Shown: positions 51,892 through 62,561, counted from the stretch's first letter. The stretch is DNA of 64,000 nucleotides from an uncultured bacterium (GCA_963744715.1 CAVUUR010000007.1:104770-168769); one strand, 5' to 3'. A program made the numbers and translations. Notes: a model not told the origin generated them from the letters alone.

Positions 51892-52678
51892 TGCGCGAAT
51901 TAAACTCCAAACCCGCAAAAAATCATCCATGTTCATTTGTTGCCCACGTAATGCCAATGTGGCTTCGGGAATAGTAGAAATATCAACTTTTGTTTGAACC
52001 AAATTATTTTTTAGCGTGCGCCTCGGTTGACGAAAAACAGAGTTTAATAAATTCCCAAAATTTTTCTTCATCGGGAATTAATACAGGATTTTCTTTTGGT
52101 TTAAAATATAATAAACGCGAATATACTTTAGGTGGCGGATAAAAATCTCCTGGCATTACTTTATTTAATTTCTTCCAAGTAAATATATGCTGAAAAAATA
52201 ATGAGGAAAATCCATACCCTTTGCCACCTGTTTTTACTATTTTTTCTGCCACTTCTTCCTGTACCATAATAACTCCCTCACGCAATAAATAACGGTTACG
52301 AGCTAACCAATGCAAAATAGGAAATGTTATTTGATACGGAAGATTTGAAAGCAATGTCCATGGCTTATAAGGTTCTAATAATTGTGGGTCAACGTCTAAA
52401 AAATTTTGTTCAAACATCGTAATACGTTTATCTGATATTGAATTTTTAATAAATGTTGCCCATTGATGATCAATCTCAAAAATCCACAAACGCTCTTGCG
52501 CAGCTTTTAAAATTGTTTTAGTTAAAAAACCATCACCACAGCCTATTTCAAAAACCGAGGATGAATTATTAAGAGTAACTGCTTGAACAATGGCATCAGC
52601 AACTGCTTGTGAGCGTAAAAAATGCTGGCCAAATTGTTTTTTTAACGGAATTCCTTCTGAGAAAACTGGCTTTGTCAT
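51883..52678 (-). CDS. rsmA: 16S rRNA dimethyladenosine transferase (one frameshift near 52035)
   Basis: KKQFGQHFL, EIGCGDG, EID, NLPYQIT, MVQEEVA, FYPPPKV; FRQPRRTLKNNL in the adjacent frame. Confidence 0.93.
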
Positions 52679-52682
52679 ATAG

Positions 52683-53729
52683 TTATTTAAATAACGCTTT
52701 CTTGTAAAAATCTAACTGCTCAAGTACCTTACCAGCTCCCATTACCACACACAATAATGGATTATCTGCAACACGCACCTTCAAGCCGGTCGCTTTAGAA
52801 ACTAATTTATCTAGTCCTTTTAACAAGGATCCTCCTCCAGCCATGGTAATGCCTCCTTTTTCTTGATCAAGAAGGTCTGAAGAAACTTCTGGTGGTGTAT
52901 TCTCCAAGGCAACGTGAATAACATCAAGAATCGTTGTTATAGTTTCAAGAAGCGATTCGTGCACTTCTAAGCTCGTTAATATAATTGTTTTAGGAACTCC
53001 GGTTATTAAGTCTCTGCCCCTCACTTCCATGCTTTCTGCATTGGCTTCAGGCATTACCGAACCAATTCTCATTTTAATTTGTTCCGCAGTTCGTTCGCCA
53101 ATTAACAAATTATATTTTCGTTTTACGTATTGAACAATGGCTCGATCCATTTCGTCACCACCAACGCGTATTGACCGACAAAAAACAACATCTTTTAAGG
53201 TAATAATCGCAACTTCAGTGGTTCCTCCTCCAATATCAACAATCATACTTCCGCAAGGGTCTTGTACCGGTAAGCCTGCCCCTATTGCGGCCGCCATCGG
53301 TTCCATAATAGTATACACTTCGCGCGCGCCTGCCTGTTTTGCTGAATCTTCAATGGCACGCCGCTCAACTTGCGTAATACCGGAAGGAACTCCGATAATC
53401 ATACGCGGACTTACCAACATACGGCGATTCCCATTAACTTTTCGAATAAAATAACGCAACATACTTTCAGTTAATTCAAAATTTGCTATAACGCCATCAC
53501 GCATGGGGCGGCAAGCAATAATACTTTCTGGCGTTTTACCGAACATATCCTTTGCTTCTTGGCCAGCAGCAAGAACTTGATTTGTTTTAGCATCAACCGC
53601 AACTACCGTAGGCTCATTTAAAACTATACCTTCATTGCGCAAGTATATTAACGTATTAGCTGTGCCTAAATCTATAGCAAAATCATTTGAAAAAAAACTA
53701 AACAATTTTTCAGCGGGAAAAAACTTCAT
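52683..53729 (-). CDS. mreB: Rod shape-determining protein MreB
   Basis: AIDLGTANT, RPMRDGVIA, EPMAAAIG, VDIGGGTTEVA. Confidence 0.97.
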   Translation of the reverse strand: MKFFPAEKLFSFFSNDFAIDLGTANTLIYLRNEGIVLNEPTVVAVDAKTNQVLAAGQEAKDMFGKTPESIIACRPMRDGVIANFELTESMLRYFIRKVNGNRRMLVSPRMIIGVPSGITQVERRAIEDSAKQAGAREVYTIMEPMAAAIGAGLPVQDPCGSMIVDIGGGTTEVAIITLKDVVFCRSIRVGGDEMDRAIVQYVKRKYNLLIGERTAEQIKMRIGSVMPEANAESMEVRGRDLITGVPKTIILTSLEVHESLLETITTILDVIHVALENTPPEVSSDLLDQEKGGITMAGGGSLLKGLDKLVSKATGLKVRVADNPLLCVVMGAGKVLEQLDFYKKALFK

Positions 53730-53748
53730 AATATTTACCCTTGCTTCA

Positions 53749-55005
53749 TTAAAAGTTTAAAACCATACCAAAGGATATTCTATTCGTTCTACTCACTCTT
53801 TTTGCTATTGCAAATTTTACCGGAACATCCCACATAAACCAGAAACTAGGCGCATAACAATTATCTCCTCTTACTTTAGCAAAATCATAAAAAACGTTAA
53901 GCGTTACATATTCCGAATTCCATGAATTTTGCCTATTAATTCTTTCTAAGGTTGCCATAGGTGATTTAATTTTTCGAGCATCTTCCCATAAATCATCAAA
54001 ATGACTTATCACGGTATAATTTACTTGCACTCCCAAGCCATCTCTAATGTCTTCCATCGAAAAATAGCCGGAGGCCGCAAACGTTGGGCCTTGATGTACA
54101 TCAATCTTACCAACCGTAACGCCAAATAATGATTGTTCACCATTTAATGGTATGCGTTGTTTTTGTCTTTTGCCGAATCGTTGGCTAAACCGAGCATATC
54201 CACCAACTTTCCAATCTTCTTTTATTTCAAATTCAAGATCGCCCTGAAAATAAATCCCGAAAAGACCATTTCCACCGTAAGGCAATGATGCTGGATTATC
54301 AATTTCGCGCGTAACTCCTGAGTTAATTAATAATCCACATCGCAAACCAGCATCGATATGTCGGAATTTTAAAAAATAATCCCACAGTCCACCCCAACGG
54401 AGGTAGAAATCGATATCAGATATCCCCGCTTGTGTTGCTTTTGGAGCTTCAATACCCGTTTCTTCATTCATAAATCGACGTATTTGATCCAGTTTAATAA
54501 TATCATCGGCGCTTAGCTCTAGGGTTGCAATTGTTTCCTGTGATAACCTAAAACCTATGTGAGAAAACGTATGCATAAAAAACCATGAAAATCCCATTGA
54601 AAGGTTAGCGTGATTTTTCTTTGATGCCCATAATGATTGATAATACGCAAAAGAAATACCTTCTCCCCGAATTCTACCATGCATATGCCAAGGAATAGGT
54701 CCTTGTAGATTAGGAAAATCAGTCGCTAAGGGATTTGGTTTACCCAATAATACAATAGCTTGCGCCACCTGATTTTGATTATATATACCGAAAATTTCTG
54801 GTATTCCACCCGAATCGTCGCTATTAATATATGCTTCGTGAGCTGTTACAGCAAAAATATCTACGTAAGCATTTGACATCTTGTTCGCCGTTCTTGAAAC
54901 GGTATGTGGCAATAATGGAAAAAATCGATTATCAACCACCATTGCAGTTATAACATTAACTGAACAAAACAACCCTACACATAAAACATATTGCAATCTA
55001 GGCAT
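53749..55005 (-). CDS. Hypothetical exported protein, possible outer-membrane beta-barrel
   Basis: Signal peptide, aromatic alternating strands and C-terminal ISFGMVLNF. Confidence 0.6.
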   Translation of the reverse strand: MPRLQYVLCVGLFCSVNVITAMVVDNRFFPLLPHTVSRTANKMSNAYVDIFAVTAHEAYINSDDSGGIPEIFGIYNQNQVAQAIVLLGKPNPLATDFPNLQGPIPWHMHGRIRGEGISFAYYQSLWASKKNHANLSMGFSWFFMHTFSHIGFRLSQETIATLELSADDIIKLDQIRRFMNEETGIEAPKATQAGISDIDFYLRWGGLWDYFLKFRHIDAGLRCGLLINSGVTREIDNPASLPYGGNGLFGIYFQGDLEFEIKEDWKVGGYARFSQRFGKRQKQRIPLNGEQSLFGVTVGKIDVHQGPTFAASGYFSMEDIRDGLGVQVNYTVISHFDDLWEDARKIKSPMATLERINRQNSWNSEYVTLNVFYDFAKVRGDNCYAPSFWFMWDVPVKFAIAKRVSRTNRISFGMVLNF

Positions 55006-55050
55006 AAGAAAGATCCTAAAAAATAACTTTGATCAGTATATTTGATTGAT

Positions 55051-55143
55051 TGGTGGAGAGAGGGGATTCGAACCCCCGATCCCACGTTAAATGGGATAAC
55101 CGCTTTCGAGGTAGCCCGCTCTAAACTTCTCGGCCATCTGGCC
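55051..55143 (-). tRNA. Degenerate tRNA-Ser(CGA), probable pseudo-tRNA
   Basis: CTCGAAA anticodon loop, paired long variable arm, TTCGAAT T-loop and CCA; acceptor and anticodon stems mispaired. Confidence 0.7.
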
Positions 55144-55364
55144 AGCATCCCATTCCTTTTTCTTCTAAGGCTTATATCAGCATACCGAATTCTCTTTTTT
55201 TTTAAAGACTTTTTGCTCGTAATAAAAAAAGAAATATAAAAAAATACTTTATAGTTTCTTTTTTCTGAATAGAATTGACAATACTAACGGGTCAATACTA
55301 AGCTTTTTTACATTAAATTTATGTACATTGATGAAAAAAGCACATTGCAAAAGGAGATATTATT

Positions 55365-56837
55365 ATGGCGCAACACAGTATACAAGCAGTTGTTTTAGCA
55401 GCAGGAAAATCTTCTCGCTTTAATACAGGAAATTCTAAGCTTTTGGAAAAAATTTGCGGTCAAGAAATGATTCTTTATCCAATTAATGTATTACAAGATT
55501 TAGAAATACCAATCATTGCGGTATTAGGATATCACGCAAGCGAAGTAAAAGAAGTTCTTGCCGCTCAACATCAAACGATTTCCTACGCCCATCAAGAGGA
55601 ACAAAAAGGCACAGGACACGCTTTGTTTTCCTCCCAACAATTATGGCACGCCGAACATATTCTCGTTATTAATGGCGATATGCCCTTAATAACACAAGAT
55701 ATTATACAACAACTAATACAGAAACATATTCAATCAGAATCTTCTGTTTCATTCGTTATCGCCCATAATGAAGATCCATCACTAACTGGTTACGGTAGAG
55801 TAATAAAAGAAGGTCAACACGTACATATCGTTGAGGCAAGAAATTTTCAGGGGAATGCCCACGAGCATTGTTGCGTTAATGCTGGTATTTATATTTTTAA
55901 ACGAACCTTTCTTGAAAAATATAGTACATCGCTTAATCCCAATGAAGAAACGCATGAATATTATTTGACCGATTTAATAAATATAGCAAGTCAGCATGGC
56001 AATAAAATCGAAACCATTTCAGCATATTTTGACAAAATTCGCGGTATTAATACCTTAAAAGAATTATGGACCGCCGAACAAATTAAACGTTCAGAATTAA
56101 TAACAAATTGGATGCATCAAGGAGTTCGTTTTTATGCTGCACAAGCAGTGCATGTTGATTTAGATATTAGCATTGGCCATGGCACGTATATTGGTTATGG
56201 TGTACATATTTCAAAGGGTACTCGTATCGGATCAAACTGTATCATTGAAGCGTTCACCATCTTAAACAATGCCGTTATTGATAATAATGTTACCATTCGT
56301 TCTCACTCAGTTATTGATAATTCAACTATCGCAAGCGGATCCCAAATAGGGCCATTTGCTCATATTCATACACAGTCAACGCTCAATGAAAAAATAGTCG
56401 TTGGTAACTTTGTTGAAATTAAGCAGAGCTCATTGGATAAGAATACTAAAGTTAAACATTTAACATATCTTGGCAATGCTATTATAGGAAATAATGTTAA
56501 TATAGGTGCAGGCACTATTACGTGCAATCATAACGGTATCTCAAAAAACAGTACAACCATTAAAAACAATGCGTACATAGGAAGCAATAATACTATAATT
56601 GCACCTATAACCATCGGCGAGCACGCTTTTACTGCTGCAGGGTCAGTAATTACCGATGATGTCCCTGATAATGCATTGGCTATAGCAAGAGCGCATCAAA
56701 TAAATAAAGAAGAATATGCGAAAAAATTAAGGCAACAAAAACAAGAACTCTATACTAATACTGAAACTGAAAGTAAATCTGAAATGTTATTTACGGGAGC
56801 ATTAAAAACACAAACCGATTCACTTGAGAATTTATGA
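55365..56837 (+). CDS. glmU: Bifunctional GlmU
   Basis: LAAGKSSR, QKGTGHA, NGDMPL, GYGRV, EYYLTD, hexapeptide repeats, GAGTITCN. Confidence 0.96.
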   Translation: MAQHSIQAVVLAAGKSSRFNTGNSKLLEKICGQEMILYPINVLQDLEIPIIAVLGYHASEVKEVLAAQHQTISYAHQEEQKGTGHALFSSQQLWHAEHILVINGDMPLITQDIIQQLIQKHIQSESSVSFVIAHNEDPSLTGYGRVIKEGQHVHIVEARNFQGNAHEHCCVNAGIYIFKRTFLEKYSTSLNPNEETHEYYLTDLINIASQHGNKIETISAYFDKIRGINTLKELWTAEQIKRSELITNWMHQGVRFYAAQAVHVDLDISIGHGTYIGYGVHISKGTRIGSNCIIEAFTILNNAVIDNNVTIRSHSVIDNSTIASGSQIGPFAHIHTQSTLNEKIVVGNFVEIKQSSLDKNTKVKHLTYLGNAIIGNNVNIGAGTITCNHNGISKNSTTIKNNAYIGSNNTIIAPITIGEHAFTAAGSVITDDVPDNALAIARAHQINKEEYAKKLRQQKQELYTNTETESKSEMLFTGALKTQTDSLENL

Positions 56838-58069
56838 TTAGATTTATTCATACTGCCGATATCCACTTCGGCATGGAAAACTATGGAAAAATAGATCCAA
56901 AAACAGGAATCCACACGCGCCTTTTAGATTTTGAAAAAGCGCTTAATTTTTGCATTGATTATGCTATTGAGCAAAACGTGGATTTCTTTCTTTTCGCTGG
57001 CGATGCTTATAAAACAACAACACCAAGTCCTACACAACAGCGTTTGTTATTAAAATGTTTTTTAAGGTTACAACAAGCTGGCATTCCATTAATTATTGTT
57101 ATTGGCAATCATGATAACCCGTTAAGTTTTGGCAAAACTAATACGCTCGATATTTTTGAACATTTACCATTGACCGGATTTCACGTAATTGCAAAACCAG
57201 CTTCTTTTGTATTACAAACAAAAAATGGCCCCATTCAAATTGTTGGTATGCCATGGCCTACACGTACTACCATCAGCATCTCGCAGCAACACAGCGCTAA
57301 ATCATGTTTTGAATTGACAGAATATATTTCACAAACTGCCGCTTCCATAATCCATCAATATGCGCAACAATTAAATGCAGAATTACCGGCAATTCTTACG
57401 GGACATTTAACCGTTAGTTCAGGTATTTTTTCTGGATCTGAAAAACGAGCCATTTATGGTAATGATCCAATTTTTTTGCCGTCACAGTTGGCAATTCCTC
57501 CCTTTGATTACGTAGGCCTTGGGCATTTGCATAGACATCAAAATCTTAATCCTCACGGGTATCCAGCAATTGTCTATTCTGGATCTCCCGAACAAATAGA
57601 TTTTGGTGAACGCAACGATCAAAAAGGCTTTTGTGATGTAACCATCGCACAAAAAGGTAATACTTCTTATAACTTTATTAAAACACCTACGAGAAAATTT
57701 ATACAAATTAATGCTCACTTACATGCTGAAACTTCACAAACGGAACAAATCTTGCACCATCTTGCCCAGCACAATATAATCGATGCAATAGTAAAAATAG
57801 TTTATTATTTACCACCCGATACAAAAGACAGTGTCGATTTAGTGGCACTTGAACGAGCATGCATACTCGCACTTGAATTAGTTGCAATCGTTCCTGTCTA
57901 TCAAATAAAAAACAGAGAAAAAAGAATTACCATGAATATCAATATGGATCTTACTGCTTTACTTGATACGTATTTTGAAAACAAACCGGAATTAAAAACA
58001 AAAAAGGAAATTCTTATAGCAAAAACTCATGCATTGCGCGACGAATTATCGCAACAAGAACTTGGATAA
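56834..58069 (+). CDS. sbcD: SbcD/Mre11 nuclease
   Basis: HTADIHFG, AGD, GNHD, LGHLH, YSGS. Confidence 0.93.
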   Translation: MIRFIHTADIHFGMENYGKIDPKTGIHTRLLDFEKALNFCIDYAIEQNVDFFLFAGDAYKTTTPSPTQQRLLLKCFLRLQQAGIPLIIVIGNHDNPLSFGKTNTLDIFEHLPLTGFHVIAKPASFVLQTKNGPIQIVGMPWPTRTTISISQQHSAKSCFELTEYISQTAASIIHQYAQQLNAELPAILTGHLTVSSGIFSGSEKRAIYGNDPIFLPSQLAIPPFDYVGLGHLHRHQNLNPHGYPAIVYSGSPEQIDFGERNDQKGFCDVTIAQKGNTSYNFIKTPTRKFIQINAHLHAETSQTEQILHHLAQHNIIDAIVKIVYYLPPDTKDSVDLVALERACILALELVAIVPVYQIKNREKRITMNINMDLTALLDTYFENKPELKTKKEILIAKTHALRDELSQQELG

Positions 58070-58081
58070 TAGTTTGCAATA

Positions 58082-60031
58082 TTACTGATGTTCACGTTTT
58101 ACTAGAATAGTGAGCGCATTAGAATTTTTTGATCCTGTTAATTGGCCATTTTTTCCATCAATTACTATTTCTTTAAGATTAGAATCATAGGCGAATGTTT
58201 TTTTATTATGTTGAAGATATCTATTTAACGCTAACCATATCGGAAAGACCGTTGTTGAAGGAAATATATTTTGACCCAATGATCTATTATCATCACACCC
58301 AATATAAATACCGGTGGTAAACGAAGGAGTAGAACCCGCAAACCAGCAGGTACGACAATCATTGGTTGTTCCCGTTTTTCCAATCGATTCGCTATCAATC
58401 CAATAATGTGGAAATCTCTTTTTTGCTCGTTCTATAGAAAGACTCAAGACTTTTGCCACTTGCCCGCTGACGTCAGCACTCATGCAGCGTCGTTGTATTA
58501 ACTTGTATTTCCATTGCTTAGTGCCCCATTCATCTTTAATCCATTTTAATAAATGCGGTTCGACATATACGCCATGATTAGCAAATACATTAAACATTCC
58601 AATAGCCTCTTTTAATGAAACATCAATACACCCCAATGCTAATGAAGGGTATCGGGGAATATCGCACTGTATACCACATTTTTGTGCCAATGCTATTACA
58701 GGATCATACCCAACTTGTAATAACGTTTTTATCGAAATAATGTTATTAGAATGCGAAAGTGCTTTGGCCAAAGTCATTACACCATGGTATTTTAAAGACG
58801 AATTACGCGGCGCCCAAATACCATGTGCCTGCTCAAATTCTATCGGTTCATCTATTTCGGTTTGAGCGAAATTCATTCCCTGTTCTACGGCAACCGCATA
58901 AATTAACGGTTTAAAAAGTGATCCCAACTGTCGCTTTGCTTGCAATGCACGATTAAACTGAGATTGTTTAAAATCGACACCGCCAATTAAAGCTTTAATT
59001 TCACCAGTCTGGACTTCTAAACATAGTAATGCGCCATCAACTGATGATGTCATTTTATTTTTTAGAACCATAAATTGTTTAGCAAATTCTTCTTGTGCGT
59101 ATCGTTGAATTGTTTGATTAATAGTTGTTTGAATGGTTAATCCGCCTCTGTACAGAGCATCCTTACCAACAATCTCCTCAAGCATTTGACGAACAGCTTC
59201 TCGGGCATAGAGAGCATAGGAGTCATCCTGTTGCTCAACAAAATCTAGTGTTTTTTTTCGCGCTTCTTGATACGTTTGTTCAGAAATAAAATCAAGTTGC
59301 ATCATAGAATGAAGAACAATATTACGCCTTCTTTGCGCAGATAATGGATACAATAAAGGATAATAATGCGCTGGTGCCTTTACAATAGCTGCCAGTAACG
59401 CGGCTTCATGTAATTCAAGATCGGTTGCATGCTTATTCCAAAATCTTTGGCTAGCCGCTTCAATACCATAAATTCCGCAGCCAAAACATACGTTATTCAA
59501 ATATGTTTCCATAATTTGCTGCTTAGTAAAATGATGCTCAATTAATAAAGCAAAAAATTGTTCTTTTAATTTCCTCCCCAATGTTTTTCGTGAATCAAAA
59601 AAAAGTAATTTGACCAACTGCTGCGTAATAGTACTGGCTCCTTGAACAAATTTACCATAGTACATATTCATCAAAAATGATCGAATCATGCACTTCCATG
59701 ATATGCCGTGATGATTAAAAAAATCATGATCTTCTGCAGCAATAAATGCTTGAATAATATTTTCTGGCAGTGATTCATAAGAAATCCGTTCACGGCGGTC
59801 AATTTTAAAACGAGCCCATTCATTACCTTTATCATCTAAAACAATTGAAGGTTTTCCTGGATTATATTGCTCAAGTGAAGAAAAATTAAGAAATTGGTTA
59901 TGCATGAAAAAAATAAGCATACCAAATAGTATTGAACTAATAGTAATAACAAAAGAGAATATTGCGCTATACGAAAAAAACACAGCGGACCACGTTATAG
60001 GGTCCGCTGTGTTTTTTTTATTCATACTCAA
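58082..60031 (-). CDS. Class A penicillin-binding protein (PBP1A family)
   Basis: AEDHDFF.H.G, GASTITQQL, RKLKE, YLN; SLFK, SNN, KTGT. Confidence 0.93.
   Translation of the reverse strand: MSMNKKNTADPITWSAVFFSYSAIFSFVITISSILFGMLIFFMHNQFLNFSSLEQYNPGKPSIVLDDKGNEWARFKIDRRERISYESLPENIIQAFIAAEDHDFFNHHGISWKCMIRSFLMNMYYGKFVQGASTITQQLVKLLFFDSRKTLGRKLKEQFFALLIEHHFTKQQIMETYLNNVCFGCGIYGIEAASQRFWNKHATDLELHEAALLAAIVKAPAHYYPLLYPLSAQRRRNIVLHSMMQLDFISEQTYQEARKKTLDFVEQQDDSYALYAREAVRQMLEEIVGKDALYRGGLTIQTTINQTIQRYAQEEFAKQFMVLKNKMTSSVDGALLCLEVQTGEIKALIGGVDFKQSQFNRALQAKRQLGSLFKPLIYAVAVEQGMNFAQTEIDEPIEFEQAHGIWAPRNSSLKYHGVMTLAKALSHSNNIISIKTLLQVGYDPVIALAQKCGIQCDIPRYPSLALGCIDVSLKEAIGMFNVFANHGVYVEPHLLKWIKDEWGTKQWKYKLIQRRCMSADVSGQVAKVLSLSIERAKKRFPHYWIDSESIGKTGTTNDCRTCWFAGSTPSFTTGIYIGCDDNRSLGQNIFPSTTVFPIWLALNRYLQHNKKTFAYDSNLKEIVIDGKNGQLTGSKNSNALTILVKREHQ
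59974..60018. terminator. Intrinsic terminator-like hairpin after 60047 ORF, overlapping the PBP1A 5' end
   Basis: A7-CACAGCGGACC...GGTCCGCTGTG-T8. Confidence 0.8.
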
Positions 60032-60046
60032 TAAAAAAAGTTAAGC

Positions 60047-60370
60047 TTATTTATTTTTTTGATTTGAATTGCTAGTGCTTGCAGAGAATATTCTGCTTGT
60101 GATAGCAACAGTTTTTTCTTCGGTCATACCTAGACATTTTTTAATCAATGGAAGCTTTGCTACACATACTGCAACAACGCCGACAACAGCCAAACCACCC
60201 AATGCTAATTTGTGATTAGAAACAAAATTAGTTACAGTTTCTTTGTTAAGAACTGAACTAACAGCACCGCTCATGCGAGAAAAAAAACCTAGGGTTTCTA
60301 CATCTGCACAGATTGAAACATTTGCAATCATAGCTACACTAAGGGCTACTAACAAAATATGCTTTTTCAT
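60047..60370 (-). CDS. Hypothetical membrane protein
   Basis: GAGGAG RBS, signal peptide plus one TM. Confidence 0.75.
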   Translation of the reverse strand: MKKHILLVALSVAMIANVSICADVETLGFFSRMSGAVSSVLNKETVTNFVSNHKLALGGLAVVGVVAVCVAKLPLIKKCLGMTEEKTVAITSRIFSASTSNSNQKNK

Positions 60371-60523
60371 AAATAAAACTCCTCAAAAAGTTAAAATTCT
60401 AATACCTTTATACAAATTACTTGAATAAGATCATTTGTCAATATAAAATCAAAAAAAACATTTTATGCGAAAGGGAATATCATTACCATTGTTTATAATA
60501 ATTTTTTTCTTTATTTCTATATT

Positions 60524-60952
60524 GTGGGATTATTTTTTTTAGACTTATGCAGTTTACATTTTATTGAACAATCGATAGTTCACCTGCTATTATGCGTCAC
60601 AGTAGTTAGCTTATTATCCAAATGGAACAATGGCGTTATTGCTATGCTCTTTTTTCTACTTTCACTTGAATATTTTTTATTGTATGGGCACGTTGTCTAC
60701 GCTATAATTGCTGTTTTAATGAGCATAGGGTGGCTTGTACCAATGAGTAAAATCATTAATCCATCTTTTCCAGGATTATTTTACAGTGTACTATGCTTCT
60801 GTATTCTAGGTGAACACCTAGCGTTTCATGTTATTAATAATAAGCCTGCAACCTTAAAGATCTATACTTTATACGAAATTTTTGCTAATATAATAGTGAT
60901 GTATTTTATATTGAAATATTATTCCAAAGGTAACCTAGACAATCGCTTGTAA
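60524..60952 (+). CDS. Hypothetical multi-pass membrane protein
   Basis: Highly hydrophobic ORF; true start may be ATG about 60465 with an indel; 3' end overlaps rnpB P1. Confidence 0.55.
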   Translation: MGLFFLDLCSLHFIEQSIVHLLLCVTVVSLLSKWNNGVIAMLFFLLSLEYFLLYGHVVYAIIAVLMSIGWLVPMSKIINPSFPGLFYSVLCFCILGEHLAFHVINNKPATLKIYTLYEIFANIIVMYFILKYYSKGNLDNRL

Positions 60953-61276
60953 ATTTTTTTACAAGAGGAAAGTCCGGACTCCCAACGAAAAAGTACCTTA
61001 GAAGGAAACAACTAAGGGGGGCGTAAGCCCATGGAAAGTGTCACAGAAAAAAACCGCCTTTTGTGCATTTTATGCATACGGGGTAAGGGTGAAAATGTGT
61101 GGTAAGAGCACACGGGTATTATCAGCAATGATAATGCAGAACAAACCCTACTTGGAGCAAGACAAAAAAGCATGTTCGGTATTCGTTCCGGTTTAAACAT
61201 GCGGGTATGTTGCATAGATAAATGATTGTCCTTTCAATACTATTGAAATACAGAATCCGGCTTATTGGTTATCTTT
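60926..61276 (+). ncRNA. rnpB: RNase P RNA (type A)
   Basis: GAGGAAAGTCC (60965) and ACAGAATCCGGCTTA (about 61250) P4 strands; AAGGGTGAAA, GGTAAGAGCAC, GGAGCAAG; P1 AAAGGTAACC/GGTTATCTTT. Confidence 0.96.
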
Positions 61277-62009
61277 GGAAATTTTTTATGGCGTTTTGTT
61301 ATCATTGAAGCTCTATTATTATCTTTCGATTTTACCTTTTATTGGTCTTCTTAGTGGATATTTTTTTCTGTATTGGCTTTTTTCCACCAATTCTATAGCA
61401 ACACCTCTCCTTATCGGAAAAAATCTCAATGAAGCAGTCAAAATAATTTCTGATCACAATCTAAACATTCGTATTTTAAAAGAAAAGGAAGATAGAGACT
61501 TACCAGAAGGAACTATTATTAGTCAAATTCCTATGGCACACCAAACAATACGCCCTAATCAAATAGTTTTTTGTGTTGTCTCCTCAAAGCCTCCTGTTAC
61601 TTATGCGCCGTATGTTATAGGAAAAAAAACAAAAGAAATGACTGAATTATTCATCAACAAAGCAATTTATCATAAAAGTTTCCCGTTACCCAGCCATTAT
61701 CCAGAAGGCTACTGCCTCACTCAAATACCAGCTCCGCATAAACCACTCACTGATAAAACAATGATTACGTACGTATCAGCAGGATCTTGCAACATTGTTA
61801 TCTTTCCTTCTTTAATAGGAAAAAAAATTACTGAGGTTCAAGAGCTTCTTGATCCTTATGGATTTAATATACAAGTTTTTCATAGTACATCACTTGCTAA
61901 AAATCATCAATGTACTTCCTGTGTTATTGCCGATCAAAAACCATTGCCCGGATCATTTATCGATCTAAAAAAAACCCTAACTCTTCATATTAACGTTGAA
62001 GAAAAATAA
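61275..62009 (+). CDS. Membrane-anchored PASTA-domain protein
   Basis: N-terminal TM plus three PASTA-like repeats (P.LIGK...GTIISQ.P). Confidence 0.8.
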   Translation: MEIFYGVLLSLKLYYYLSILPFIGLLSGYFFLYWLFSTNSIATPLLIGKNLNEAVKIISDHNLNIRILKEKEDRDLPEGTIISQIPMAHQTIRPNQIVFCVVSSKPPVTYAPYVIGKKTKEMTELFINKAIYHKSFPLPSHYPEGYCLTQIPAPHKPLTDKTMITYVSAGSCNIVIFPSLIGKKITEVQELLDPYGFNIQVFHSTSLAKNHQCTSCVIADQKPLPGSFIDLKKTLTLHINVEEK

Positions 62010-62180
62010 TCCATCATTTAAATATATTAAATATCATCCAGTTTCTTTTCACTTTTTGTTATCTTAGTAAAAATAAACATCTTTTTTTGAAAGATTGACA
62101 TAACAGATTCATCTTTTAAACTAAGACCAAGATGATAGTATCAAGGTATACTTAAACAATGCTTTTAGAAGGAATAAAGC

Positions 62181-62561
62181 ATGAAAAACCATCTATTGTT
62201 TTTGTCATATCTCTCTTAACCATCAAAATGAATGCAGATGAACCGGAAAATCCATTAATCTGCTGCACACCAAAAGAAATTGCAGAACAAACCAGAACCA
62301 TTGAAATTACATTCAGATGTCAAACCAAAGAACCTGCTACTGAGTGTGAAAGATCAATCTGGGAAAGAGTAGTTGCATGCGTTCTTGATTGCGTAAATCG
62401 CTAAAGAAATTCCTCAAGAAGCTTCCAACACCGCCTATGAATTAGTTTTAGAAACCATAGATATGGTGCATGATATATGTAGAGATTGCCCATCAACAGC
62501 AAATAATATTATGATTTCATTTCAAGGGCCAGAAGAACCAAGAATGTTACCAGAAAATTAA
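62181..62561 (+). CDS. Hypothetical exported Cys-rich protein (two frameshifts, near 62188 and 62396)
   Basis: AAGGA RBS plus ATG at 62181; restored frame MKKPSIVFVISLL...; continuation AKEIPQE...PEN* ends just before a terminator. Confidence 0.55.

Noticed and set aside
55042..55239. 65-aa ORF (WWREGIRTP)
   Set aside because: Antisense translation of the tRNA-like element.
61012..61215. 67-aa minus-strand ORF
   Set aside because: Antisense shadow of RNase P RNA.
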